Below are positions 49,624-58,653 of a stretch of 64,000 bases of DNA, in pieces. Position numbers and translations under genes: made by a program. The stretch spans positions 1,312,001-1,376,000 of the forward strand of contig OZ243956.1 in the NCBI GenBank assembly GCA_965214405.1. Reading direction: 5' to 3'. The notes under the pieces are model-generated. The model was not told the origin of the DNA. It saw only the letters and a program-made list of their open reading frames with translations, and searched no databases. Position 1 is the stretch's first letter, and every line of letters starts with the position of its first letter. The stretch comes from Trueperaceae bacterium (GTDB taxonomy: Bacteria > Deinococcota > Deinococci > Deinococcales > Trueperaceae).

Positions 49624-50502
49624 ATGAAACTCGGTTACAGCCCAACCACGGCGTCCGTGCTCGAGCTCGATGACGCCTACAGGCTCGCAGTAGAGTTAGA
49701 GCTCGAGTTTGTCGAACTCGCGTTTGAACTTCAAGAAATTTCCGCGCAGACCCAGCCGCCCGCGCGGGTGCTGGCGCTGAGCCGCGCCACCGGGGTCGAG
49801 ACGACCGTCCATCTGCCCTTTACCGACCTCAACTTAGCCTCGCTCATCCCCAAAACGCGGGCGCTGGCGGTCGAACGCGTTCAGCGCGGGCTCGACTACG
49901 CCGCGGCGGTGGGCGCGCACTGCGGCGTGCTGCATAGCGGTCAGAACCCTTTTTATCATCCTCTGGCGGTGCCGCTGGCCGAGAACGCGCTCCGCGCCTC
50001 TTTCGCCGCGTTAGGAGCGAGCGTGCCCGTGGCGCTCGAGAACCTAGCTTTAAGCCGCGCCGACTTCGTCCGCGGCCCCGACACGCTCCAGGCGCTCGCG
50101 GATGAGGCGGGCTTCGCCAACTGTTTCGACTTCGGTCACGCGTTTGTCGAGGGCTGCACTGGCGCTGAGAACGCTGCCGACGTGTGTTCTGAGGGAGGAA
50201 CGCGCGCGGGAGAAGCACTTGTCGCGCGCTACTTGGACGTTCTCGGCAGCCGCGTAATCCACCTCCATTTGCACGGCAACGACGGCAGCGCCGACCAGCA
50301 CCTCGCAACCGACGAGGGCGGCGTGCCCTACGCGCGTTATGCGGGCTTTTTGAACGCTTTCGGGGGGACGGCTTGTCTCGAGGTCGCGGGCGGCAGGGAG
50401 GCGCTGACGCGCAGCGTGGCGCATATACGCGCGCTTACGGCAACGCCCTCCCAAGTACCGGCGTCCCCTCGAGCAGTTGAGGGGGCCTCCAGAACGGGCT
50501 AA
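49624..50502 (+). CDS. Xylose isomerase-like TIM barrel (sugar phosphate isomerase/epimerase family)
   Basis: TVHLPF.DLN.AS, ALEN, CFDFGHA, HLHLHGN....DQH, LEV. Confidence 0.87.
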   Translation: MKLGYSPTTASVLELDDAYRLAVELELEFVELAFELQEISAQTQPPARVLALSRATGVETTVHLPFTDLNLASLIPKTRALAVERVQRGLDYAAAVGAHCGVLHSGQNPFYHPLAVPLAENALRASFAALGASVPVALENLALSRADFVRGPDTLQALADEAGFANCFDFGHAFVEGCTGAENAADVCSEGGTRAGEALVARYLDVLGSRVIHLHLHGNDGSADQHLATDEGGVPYARYAGFLNAFGGTACLEVAGGREALTRSVAHIRALTATPSQVPASPRAVEGASRTG

Positions 50503-50584
50503 CGCGGCCTTTTTCTCTGCGTCGCCCAAACACCCTTCTTCACGACTCTTCCGGGGAAGGCTCCTCCAATTAATGCGAAATTTA

Positions 50585-50600
50585 TGTGATAAATGTCACA
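50585..50600. promoter_or_regulatory. Perfect CRP-family binding site
   Basis: TGTGA-TAAATG-TCACA in an AT-rich context, ~250 bp upstream of the GGDEF-terpene cyclase gene. Confidence 0.65.
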
Positions 50601-50842
50601 GTTAACCTTTTGCCCCTCCTTTGTTGAGAGGAGGGCGCGGGAAAAACCTCCGGCGGGGTAAACTCGGGTGTGGTCAGCCAATCAACCGCCCTTTAGAAGC
50701 CCCGTGGGGTCAAGATTGGGTTCAGGCGCGCATCCACTCAGGTATCGTCGGTCCATGCACGAGTAAACACATGGGTAAACGCCTGGATGGACCATACTAA
50801 CAACCATCAAAGGTGTTGAACGTAGGGGCCTTGTGACGCGAG

Positions 50843-53011
50843 GTGAGCATGGTTGACGGACTGGTGGACGATATGACGGACGGCGTACTCAGCCGTGGGG
50901 ACGGGGAACGCTTTAACGCGCTCAAGCGTAAGGTTTATCTTTTCGTCTTGCCGCTCATCTCTTCCGTGGTGCTCCTCACGCTCCTGCTGGCGCGACGCCT
51001 CGACGCGTTTAGCGCCTTTGACCTCGCGGTCTTGCCCGCGTTGGCGGTTTTGCTGCTCGTTTTTACCGTTCTCGCCTACGCCAACGAACGTGCGCTCGGG
51101 CTCGTCGAAAACGGCGTTTTCGGGGTGCTTACGGCTGTTTTTTTGGGCAAGTTCGCCTACAGCGTCCTTCACGCGCCCGTGGGGAGCGAGCTCACGCAAA
51201 TCTATATCTGGACGCCCCTCATTTATATGACGGCCTTCTTGATCTACGAGACGAGGGGGGCGCTCGTGCGCTCCGGGTTGGTTTACGCCGTGACGTTGGG
51301 TGTGGGTTTCGTGTCGGTGTTTGTGAGTCCGCCCGGCGCCGAACTTGCGGTCATGGGTGGGTCCGAGCGGCTGCTCGAGTTCTACTTAGCCAACGGCATT
51401 TTAGTCACGCTGCTTTTTACCTTTGCGACCTTGCGCCAGCGCGTCGGCGAACTCCAGGCGTCGCTCGCCAAGATGGAGCGTTTGGCGCACCAGGACGCGC
51501 TCACCGAGCTGCCGAACCGCCGCCAGCTCGAGACCGACCTCAAGAGCGAATTCGCCAAAACCGAGGGGGCCGGTCGGCGCGCCGCGCCCCTGTCGGTGAT
51601 TATCTTCGACGCCGACAATTTCAAGCGGATCAACGACAGCTACGGCCATGACGTCGGCGACTACGCGCTCCGGATGATCGCCGCGCTCCTGTCCGAAGAG
51701 CTTCGGGAGGGCGACTCCTTTGGTCGCTGGGGCGGCGAGGAGTTTCTGGTCGTCGCGCCGCAAACGGACCTCGAGAGCGCGCTCAACTTGGCCGAGCGAC
51801 TTAGGCACGCGCTGGCGGCGCACACCTTTCACACCCTGGGCACGCTCACCGCAAGTTTCGGCGTCGCCTCTTTTAGACCCGGCGACACCCCCGAGACGCT
51901 CGTAAAACGCGCCGACGACGCGCTCTACGAAAGCAAGTCGAACGGCAAAAACCGGGTCGAGGCGGTCGCCGTGGAACTCGCCGAGACCGTCACGCTACCC
52001 AAGCTCTTCTGCCCCTTTGACGCGCCCACGGGCGCGCACGCCGAGGCGCTGCAAGAGAGCACGCTGGCGTGGCTCGAGAGCTTTCGCGCCTACCCCAAAG
52101 AGAAGACGCGCCGCTGGGTCGAGGGCGTCAATCCGGGCTGGCTCGCGGCGACGCTCCACCACGACGCGCCCTTAGAGGCGCAACGCTTGGTGTCCGACTG
52201 GTACCTCTGGATGTTTTTGCACGACGACCGCTGCGACGAGTCGGACGCGGGCAAAAACCCGGCGGGACTCACCTTCGTCAACGCGCGGCTGTTGGAAGTG
52301 CTGCGCGGCAACCCTCCAAAAAGCGGCGACGAGCCGCTCGCCCACATGCTGTGGGAACTGCGGGGACGGCTGCTCGCCTACAGCTTAGCAAGGGGTTTGG
52401 GTGGGGAGCATAACGAGCTCGAGTACGGTTATCCCAAAGATGCTCAGGAAACGAGCTGGATGACCCGCTTTACAAGCGCCGTCGGGGCGTATTTCGACGC
52501 GACCGTGTGGGAGGCGGTCAACCGGGCTCGCGGGAACGTGCCCAAACTCTCTCACTACGTTCAGACGCGCCTGCTCACGAGCGGGCTGCCCATCGACACG
52601 ATGCTTTTAGAAGTAGCCGACGGCGTCGCTCTGCCCGAAGCGGTGCGCGACCACGCCGCGCTCCGCCACATCACGCTTCTCTCTGACAACGCCATCTGCT
52701 GGGCCAACGATATTTTTTCGCTCCGCAAAGAGCTCGAGCAGGGCGACGTTCATAACCTCGTTTTGGCGCTCCGTCACGCGCACAAGCTCACTCTGCAAGA
52801 GGCGGTCGAGCGCGCCACCTGGATGCACGACGAGGAGGTGAGGCGCTTTCTCGAGCACGAAACCCACCTCCCCTCCTTTGGTCCCCAGACCGACGCCGCG
52901 GTCGCACGCTACCTCACCGCACTACGCGCCCGCATGGGCGGCAACCACCGCTGGTCAAAGGGTGCCGCGCGTTACACCGTACCGGCGTCCGCACCCGTTG
53001 TTCTGGCTTAG
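50843..53011 (+). CDS. Membrane-bound diguanylate cyclase fused to a class I terpene cyclase
   Basis: ~6 TM helices; DALTELPNRR, DADNFKRINDSYGHDVGD, REGD-x5-GGEEF, KRADDALYESK..GKNR; then LPKLFCPF, FLHDDRCDE, RLLTSG, WANDIFSLRKE, HNLV, WSKGAARY. Start may be ATG 50849. Confidence 0.92.
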   Translation: MSMVDGLVDDMTDGVLSRGDGERFNALKRKVYLFVLPLISSVVLLTLLLARRLDAFSAFDLAVLPALAVLLLVFTVLAYANERALGLVENGVFGVLTAVFLGKFAYSVLHAPVGSELTQIYIWTPLIYMTAFLIYETRGALVRSGLVYAVTLGVGFVSVFVSPPGAELAVMGGSERLLEFYLANGILVTLLFTFATLRQRVGELQASLAKMERLAHQDALTELPNRRQLETDLKSEFAKTEGAGRRAAPLSVIIFDADNFKRINDSYGHDVGDYALRMIAALLSEELREGDSFGRWGGEEFLVVAPQTDLESALNLAERLRHALAAHTFHTLGTLTASFGVASFRPGDTPETLVKRADDALYESKSNGKNRVEAVAVELAETVTLPKLFCPFDAPTGAHAEALQESTLAWLESFRAYPKEKTRRWVEGVNPGWLAATLHHDAPLEAQRLVSDWYLWMFLHDDRCDESDAGKNPAGLTFVNARLLEVLRGNPPKSGDEPLAHMLWELRGRLLAYSLARGLGGEHNELEYGYPKDAQETSWMTRFTSAVGAYFDATVWEAVNRARGNVPKLSHYVQTRLLTSGLPIDTMLLEVADGVALPEAVRDHAALRHITLLSDNAICWANDIFSLRKELEQGDVHNLVLALRHAHKLTLQEAVERATWMHDEEVRRFLEHETHLPSFGPQTDAAVARYLTALRARMGGNHRWSKGAARYTVPASAPVVLA

Positions 53012-53211
53012 TTTCGGCTTAGCTTTGACTTTGGCCGACCCCTCGCTTTTGACCCTTACGGCAGGCGACACCCCGGTTTACAACACGCTCACCTGAAAGA
53101 AACTTGACGAGCCCACGCGTTCTGGGATGATGTTTACGAAGAGGAAAATAAGATGAGCCGAGTACCATTTGATACTCGGCTCGAGCCGTAAAACAGCCTT
53201 TTCTTAGACGT

Positions 53212-53490
53212 CTACGCTTCAACCCCGCTACGCAGTTGGCTGATGCGCCGGGCCAAGCGCGACTTTCTGCGGGCGGCTGTATTTTTGTGTAACGTCGAGC
53301 TTTTGGCGGCCTTGTCGATAAGACTCTTGGCAACGTTGTAATATTTTTCCGCCGACTCGAAGTCGCCGGACTCCGCCGCCGCCACCGCTTTTTTGGTGAA
53401 AGTGCGGATGGTGCTCTTTTTGGACCTGTTGGCGAGCCTCACCCGCTCGGACTGACGGCGGTACTTCATCGCTGATGGATTTCTTGCCAT
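53212..53490 (-). CDS. rpsT: 30S ribosomal protein S20
   Basis: SA.K..RQS...R..N.S.KS..RT..KK, IDKAA....[13 protein letters not shown]. Confidence 0.97.
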   Translation of the reverse strand: MARNPSAMKYRRQSERVRLANRSKKSTIRTFTKKAVAAAESGDFESAEKYYNVAKSLIDKAAKSSTLHKNTAARRKSRLARRISQLRSGVEA

Positions 53491-53865
53491 GATGCTCTCT
53501 TTCCTTTACACGTCACGCGCGTTTTCGCGTGTGACACTGTTGTGCGCGCTATAGGCTTGCCCGGTTTGGGATTTAGACCCAGCTTCAAATTTTGTTAGAT
53601 GCTGCGAGCGCACGCGGGCGCTCACTCTCCCGCTGCCGGGTTGACAAGAAAAGAGTTTAACACACCGCGCGCCCTTCTGCAAACCCCGCCGAAACGCCAG
53701 AAACGCCAGAAACACTATATTAACAACCTGCCAAGCGCCTGGGTTACCGAGCTGGAAGCCGATTCTAGAAAGAGCGTGGAAAAATACCTCCATCTCGCAT
53801 GGGTGAGCTCGCCTACGCTGAAAGTGTAAACATCTTGTGGTGAAGCCGGTGAAACGGCGAGAGAT

Positions 53866-54834
53866 CTAAGGAACGAGCAGCACCTTACCCGCCGTTTCGC
53901 GCCCCTCTAACTTCCGGTGGGCCTCGGCGGCGTCGGTTAAAGGGAGGCTCGAGTCAACCCGCACGTCCAGCTTGCCCTCCCCCACCCAGCGCAGCACGTC
54001 GCCCGCGCGCCAGAGCAGTTCGTCGCGGTCTTGGACGTAATGGCCCAGGCTGGGCCGCGTCAAGTAGAGCGAGCCTTTGGCGTTGAGCACCTGCGGGTCG
54101 AAGCCCCCCACGGGTCCCGAGGACTGCCCGAAAAGCGCTAAAAGGCCGCGCGGCTCGAGGCAATTCAAGCTTTTTTCAAACGTCGTCTTGCCAACCGAGT
54201 CGTAAACGACTTGTACGCCTTTACCATTCGTCAAATCTTTAATAGCCTCCTCGAAATCCTCTTCGGTGTAGCGGATGACCTCGTCCGCACCCGCGCCCCG
54301 CGCCAGTTCGGCTTTTTCCTCCGTCGAGACGGTGCCGAAGACTCGAGCCCCGCGCATCTTCGCCATCTGTACCAGGAGCAGCCCCACGCCGCCCGCCGCC
54401 GCGTGGACAAGGCAAGCGTCGCCCTCTTTTAATGGATACGTGCTGTGCGAGAGGTAGTGCGCGGTCATGCCCTGGAGCATCACCGCGGCGGCGAGTTCGG
54501 TGCTCACGCCCTCGGGGATGCGGACGAGCTTCGCCGCTGGGACCACGCTTTGCTCGGCGTAGGAGCCCGGCGTCATCGCGTAGGCGACACGGTCACCTAC
54601 CGCGACTTCACTGACGTTAGGGCCGACCGCGAGCACCTCCCCCGCGCCCTCCATGCCGGGAACGAAAGGAAGCGTTACTTTATATAGACCTCCCCGCTGA
54701 TAGGTGTCGATAAAGTTGACCCCCGCCGCGCCCAACCTCACAAGCGCCTCGCCGTCGCCGGGTGTGGGCGCGTCTACGTCTCGAAGCTCGAGCCGCTCCG
54801 GCCCGCCGTGTTCACGAATCTGAATCGCTTTCAT
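53866..54834 (-). CDS. qor: NADPH:quinone oxidoreductase (zeta-crystallin-like)
   Basis: [44 protein letters not shown]. Confidence 0.93.
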   Translation of the reverse strand: MKAIQIREHGGPERLELRDVDAPTPGDGEALVRLGAAGVNFIDTYQRGGLYKVTLPFVPGMEGAGEVLAVGPNVSEVAVGDRVAYAMTPGSYAEQSVVPAAKLVRIPEGVSTELAAAVMLQGMTAHYLSHSTYPLKEGDACLVHAAAGGVGLLLVQMAKMRGARVFGTVSTEEKAELARGAGADEVIRYTEEDFEEAIKDLTNGKGVQVVYDSVGKTTFEKSLNCLEPRGLLALFGQSSGPVGGFDPQVLNAKGSLYLTRPSLGHYVQDRDELLWRAGDVLRWVGEGKLDVRVDSSLPLTDAAEAHRKLEGRETAGKVLLVP

Positions 54835-54945
54835 ATCTCTCCTTTAGAAGAGCCTACCGCGTTCTCGAGGATTGAGGGCTGAAAGCTTCCCTTTTCTCTC
54901 TGTCCTTTTCTCTTGCTCCTTGGTCCTCAAACGGTACACTTGAAC

Positions 54946-55455
54946 GTGCCCCCACCCCTCCGCCTCTTCCTCAAGAGCAAAAAGCCCACGTATGGAGAGG
55001 CGGCCTCGAGCCTGCGCCTCCTCTTCATGGGCGCGTTCGGGATGCAGCTTCTTTTTTCTTTACTCGTCGGCGTCGTAGCGGCGCTCATCGTCGGCGTTCA
55101 AGCGGGCGGGAGTTCGCTCGTCGCGCCCGTGATGCTCGCGTTCGCTTTTCTGAGCCTGCCGCTGGCGCTCCTTGTGGCGTCATTCGCCTCGAGGGGCGGC
55201 GGCAAAGCGGGCGCGCTCGCCGCGGCGATTGCGCTGGGCGTCATGCTGTCCACCCCCGCGTGGTTCATGCTTTTCACGCTGCTGACCGGCGGCGCGCCCC
55301 GTTACCTCCTCCTTTTTTTGGGGATGCTCGCAGTTTATTACGGGCTCGGCCTCTTGCTGGCGGGGCGTTACGCCCGCATGGCAATTTCGGCTGAACCACC
55401 CAAATCCGCATCACCCGAAGCCGAACGCACACCCCGGTCACACGAGGGGGTTTAG
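54946..55455 (+). CDS. Hypothetical membrane protein
   Basis: About 4 TM helices; start at GTG 54946 after TACACT. Confidence 0.7.
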   Translation: MPPPLRLFLKSKKPTYGEAASSLRLLFMGAFGMQLLFSLLVGVVAALIVGVQAGGSSLVAPVMLAFAFLSLPLALLVASFASRGGGKAGALAAAIALGVMLSTPAWFMLFTLLTGGAPRYLLLFLGMLAVYYGLGLLLAGRYARMAISAEPPKSASPEAERTPRSHEGV

Positions 55456-56360
55456 TGGCGCTTTTTGAAACGCTCCTCAACGTGGTGGTGCCCGCGTTTG
55501 TGGTTATCGGGGTGGGGGTGCTGCTGGGGCGGTTTTTGAAGCTCGACTTGGTGCCCCTAAACCGCGTGGCGCTTTACGCGGCGGTGCCCGCGCTCGTCTT
55601 CACCTCGCTCGCCACAACGGAACTCGGCGCGGGGAGCGTGGGGCGCTTGGTGGTGGGGCAACTCGTTTTTTTGGCGCTCATGCTGGGGCTCTCTTACCTC
55701 GCCTCGCGCCCCTTTGAGGCGCGCACGGGGCGCGGCTTTATGGCGACGAGTCTTTACGGCAACTCGGCTAATTTGATGCTCCCGGTCACGCTGTTTGCGC
55801 TCGGGGAGGGAGGGCTCGAGCGCGCCCTGGTCTTGTTCGTGGTCTCCTCCATCGCGCTCTTTGGCACTGGGCCGCTCGTGCTCGCGGGCGGTGGCGGTGC
55901 AAACGGTGCGGGGGTACGGCTTACGTCCGTGCTGCGCCTGCCTGTGCTGTGGGCGGCACTCGTCGGCGTGCTCTTCAACCTCTTGGGCCTTTCTTTTCCG
56001 CAGGGCTTGGCGCGCGGTATCGGCATCTTGAGCGACGCCGCGATTCCCCTGGTGCTGCTCGTGCTCGGGATGCAAATCCACCGCTCGGGTGTGAGCGTGC
56101 CCACGCGCGTAAACTGGGCGGGCGCGGGCTTCAAGCTCGTCGTCGGGCCGGTGCTGGGCTACCTCGCCGCCCGCATCGTCGGCGCGACGGGGCTCGATTT
56201 GGCGGTCTTGACGCTGCTCGGGGCGATGCCTCCGGCGGTCAACACCTTTATGTTGGCGCTAGAGTTCGGCGGCAACGCCGAGGAGGTGGCGCGCACGGTG
56301 GTGCTGGCGACGCTCCTGGCGCTTTTTAGTTTGTCGGTGGTGGTGACGCTACTAACCTGA
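55455..56360 (+). CDS. AEC (auxin efflux carrier-like) family transporter
   Basis: PALVF, GNSANL..P...FALG, AAIP..L.VLG, AMPPAVN. Confidence 0.88.
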   Translation: MALFETLLNVVVPAFVVIGVGVLLGRFLKLDLVPLNRVALYAAVPALVFTSLATTELGAGSVGRLVVGQLVFLALMLGLSYLASRPFEARTGRGFMATSLYGNSANLMLPVTLFALGEGGLERALVLFVVSSIALFGTGPLVLAGGGGANGAGVRLTSVLRLPVLWAALVGVLFNLLGLSFPQGLARGIGILSDAAIPLVLLVLGMQIHRSGVSVPTRVNWAGAGFKLVVGPVLGYLAARIVGATGLDLAVLTLLGAMPPAVNTFMLALEFGGNAEEVARTVVLATLLALFSLSVVVTLLT

Positions 56361-56490
56361 TGGCGACCTCGTGCGCGTTGAGGCTGGCCCAGTCGCGGTG
56401 AGGGCTGCTCGAGCGCGCCAAGAACTCAAACAGCGAGAATTTAAACAACAGTGGCAAAAACGGAAACAAGAGTATGGTAAAAATCAGGCT

Positions 56491-57036
56491 ATGACAGACG
56501 TGTGGGCACTTTTTTGGTCCTTTACCAAGGTGGGCTTGTTCGGCTTCGGCGGCGGCCCCTCGATGATTCCTTTGATTCAACAAGAAGTGGTAGACGCGCG
56601 CCACTGGCTCACCAAAGAGGAGTTTTTGGACGCCTACGCCTTTGGCAGCACCCTCCCCGGCCCTATCGCCACCAAGATGGCGGGCTACGTCGGTTACAAG
56701 GTCTCAGGCACCTTGGGGGCCGCCGCCGGGCTCATCGGCGTGACGGTGCCCACCGTCATCGCGATGATCGCGCTCGGCGTGCTCTACCTGCGCTACCGCG
56801 ACTCGTCGGTTATCAGCGGCTTCTTAAAGGGCGTCCGCCCCGTGGTCATCGCGCTCCTCGCGCTCGTCGTTTACGAATTCGCGCCAAGCGCGTTTGGTGC
56901 GCCGCCGCAGTGGCTCGCCAACTGGGCGTTCTGGCTGCTCGCGGTGGTGGCTTTTGTGCTGGCGGTTCGCTTTAACGTTCACCCGGCGGTGCTGATTGTC
57001 GCGGGCGGCGCTTTAGGCATCACCCTCTTTCGCTAG
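56491..57036 (+). CDS. Short-chain chromate transporter (CHR family)
   Basis: F.KVGLFGFGGG, WLT.EEF, LPGPIA, KGVRPVVIAL; start ATG 56491. Confidence 0.9.
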   Translation: MTDVWALFWSFTKVGLFGFGGGPSMIPLIQQEVVDARHWLTKEEFLDAYAFGSTLPGPIATKMAGYVGYKVSGTLGAAAGLIGVTVPTVIAMIALGVLYLRYRDSSVISGFLKGVRPVVIALLALVVYEFAPSAFGAPPQWLANWAFWLLAVVAFVLAVRFNVHPAVLIVAGGALGITLFR

Positions 57037-57043
57037 GAGACTT

Positions 57044-58630
57044 ATGGCTTTTACTTACGACTTCCCTTACCCCTCGCAGCGTATGCCCGTGATGGCAAAG
57101 AACGTGGTGGCGACCTCTCAACCCTTAGCCGCGCAAGCGGGGCTGCGGATGCTGCTAGCGGGCGGCAACGCGGTAGACGCCGCGCTGGGCGCCGCCATCG
57201 CGCTCACCGTGGTCGAGCCGACCTCGAACGGGATTGGCTCGGACGCCTTTGCGATTCTCTGGGACGGTTCGGAGCTTCACGGCCTCAACGCCTCGGGGCG
57301 CTCACCGGAGGCGCTCACACCGGAGCGGTTCGCAGGGCAGAAAAGCGTACCCCTACGCGGCTGGGACGCCGTGACCGTACCCGGCGCGGTGTCGGCCTGG
57401 GTGGCGCTGTCGGAGCGGTTTGGTAAACTGCCGTTCGAGAAACTTTTTGAACCCGCCATCACCTACGCCAGACAAGGCTTCCTCGTCTCGCCCATCACCG
57501 CTCGAGCCTGGGCTGTGGCCCGTAAAGCCTTTGCCGACTTCCCCGAGTTCATAGCGGGCTTCTTACCCGAGGGACGCGCGCCACAAGCCGGTAACCTTTT
57601 CCGGTTCGAGGACCAAGCGCGGACTTTGGAACGCATCGCCGAAACAAAGGGTGAAGCTTTTTACCGCGGCGACTTAGCCGAAAAGATAGCCGCGCACGCC
57701 AAAGTGTCGGGCGGCCTCATGACCAAAGAGGATTTGGCCGCACATCAAGCAAATTGGGTTGGGACCATCTCACAGCGCTACGGCGACGTTGAACTGCACG
57801 AAATCCCACCCAACGGTCAGGGGCTGGCGGCGCTCCTCGTGCTGGGGATGTTGGAGCATCACCCCGTCCGCGACTATCCCTTAGACTCCGCCGATTCGCT
57901 GCACGTGCAGCTCGAGGCCATGAAACTCGCCTTCGCCGACGCCCACCGCTACGTGTCCGACCCGGACACGATGGATATGCCCGTCGAGAGCCTGCTGAGT
58001 GAGACTTACCTCGCGGAGCGCGCCTCCTGCATCGACATGAAACGCGCGCAAGACCCCGGTCACGGCGTGCCCAAACGCGGAGGCACCGTTTATCTGACGG
58101 CGGCGGACGCGGACGGGATGATGGTCTCGTTTATCCAGTCCAACTACTACGGCTTCGGCTCGGGCGTGGTGGTGCCGGGGACGGGTATCAGCCTGCAAAA
58201 CCGCGGGGCCGGGTTTACGTTAGAAGAGGGGCACCCCAACAGAGTGGGCGGCGGCAAGCGGCCTTTTCACACCATCATCCCCGGTTTCTTGACCCAAAAC
58301 GGTCAGCCGCTCATGAGCTTCGGCGTGATGGGCGGCCCCATGCAGCCCCAGGGCCACGCGCAGATGGTTATTCGTTTACGCGACTACGGTCAGAACCCGC
58401 AAACGGCCTCGGACGCGCCGCGCTGGCGGGTGGCGGGGGGTTTAGACGTCCACGTCGAGCCGGGTTTTCGCGCGGAGGTCCTGGACGACCTGCGGAGCCG
58501 CGGCCACATCGTCACCGAGGATGATTCGGCCTTTGGCGGTTTTGGCGGGGCGCAGCTTATCTACAAAGTTGAGAGTGGTTACGTGGCAGGCTCGGACTCG
58601 CGCAAGGACGGGCAGGCGGTGGGTTTTTAG
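57044..58630 (+). CDS. ggt: Gamma-glutamyltransferase (YwrD-like)
   Basis: GGNAVDAA, GTVYL autocleavage Thr, LQNRG.GF, KRPFHTIIP, GVMGG..QPQGH. Confidence 0.94.
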   Translation: MAFTYDFPYPSQRMPVMAKNVVATSQPLAAQAGLRMLLAGGNAVDAALGAAIALTVVEPTSNGIGSDAFAILWDGSELHGLNASGRSPEALTPERFAGQKSVPLRGWDAVTVPGAVSAWVALSERFGKLPFEKLFEPAITYARQGFLVSPITARAWAVARKAFADFPEFIAGFLPEGRAPQAGNLFRFEDQARTLERIAETKGEAFYRGDLAEKIAAHAKVSGGLMTKEDLAAHQANWVGTISQRYGDVELHEIPPNGQGLAALLVLGMLEHHPVRDYPLDSADSLHVQLEAMKLAFADAHRYVSDPDTMDMPVESLLSETYLAERASCIDMKRAQDPGHGVPKRGGTVYLTAADADGMMVSFIQSNYYGFGSGVVVPGTGISLQNRGAGFTLEEGHPNRVGGGKRPFHTIIPGFLTQNGQPLMSFGVMGGPMQPQGHAQMVIRLRDYGQNPQTASDAPRWRVAGGLDVHVEPGFRAEVLDDLRSRGHIVTEDDSAFGGFGGAQLIYKVESGYVAGSDSRKDGQAVGF

Positions 58631-58653
58631 GCTCAGCTATGCCACAATAGAGC

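Noticed and set aside
50620..50840. c-di-GMP riboswitch upstream of the GGDEF-terpene cyclase gene
   Set aside because: I could not match the class I or class II consensus by eye; a covariance-model scan is needed.
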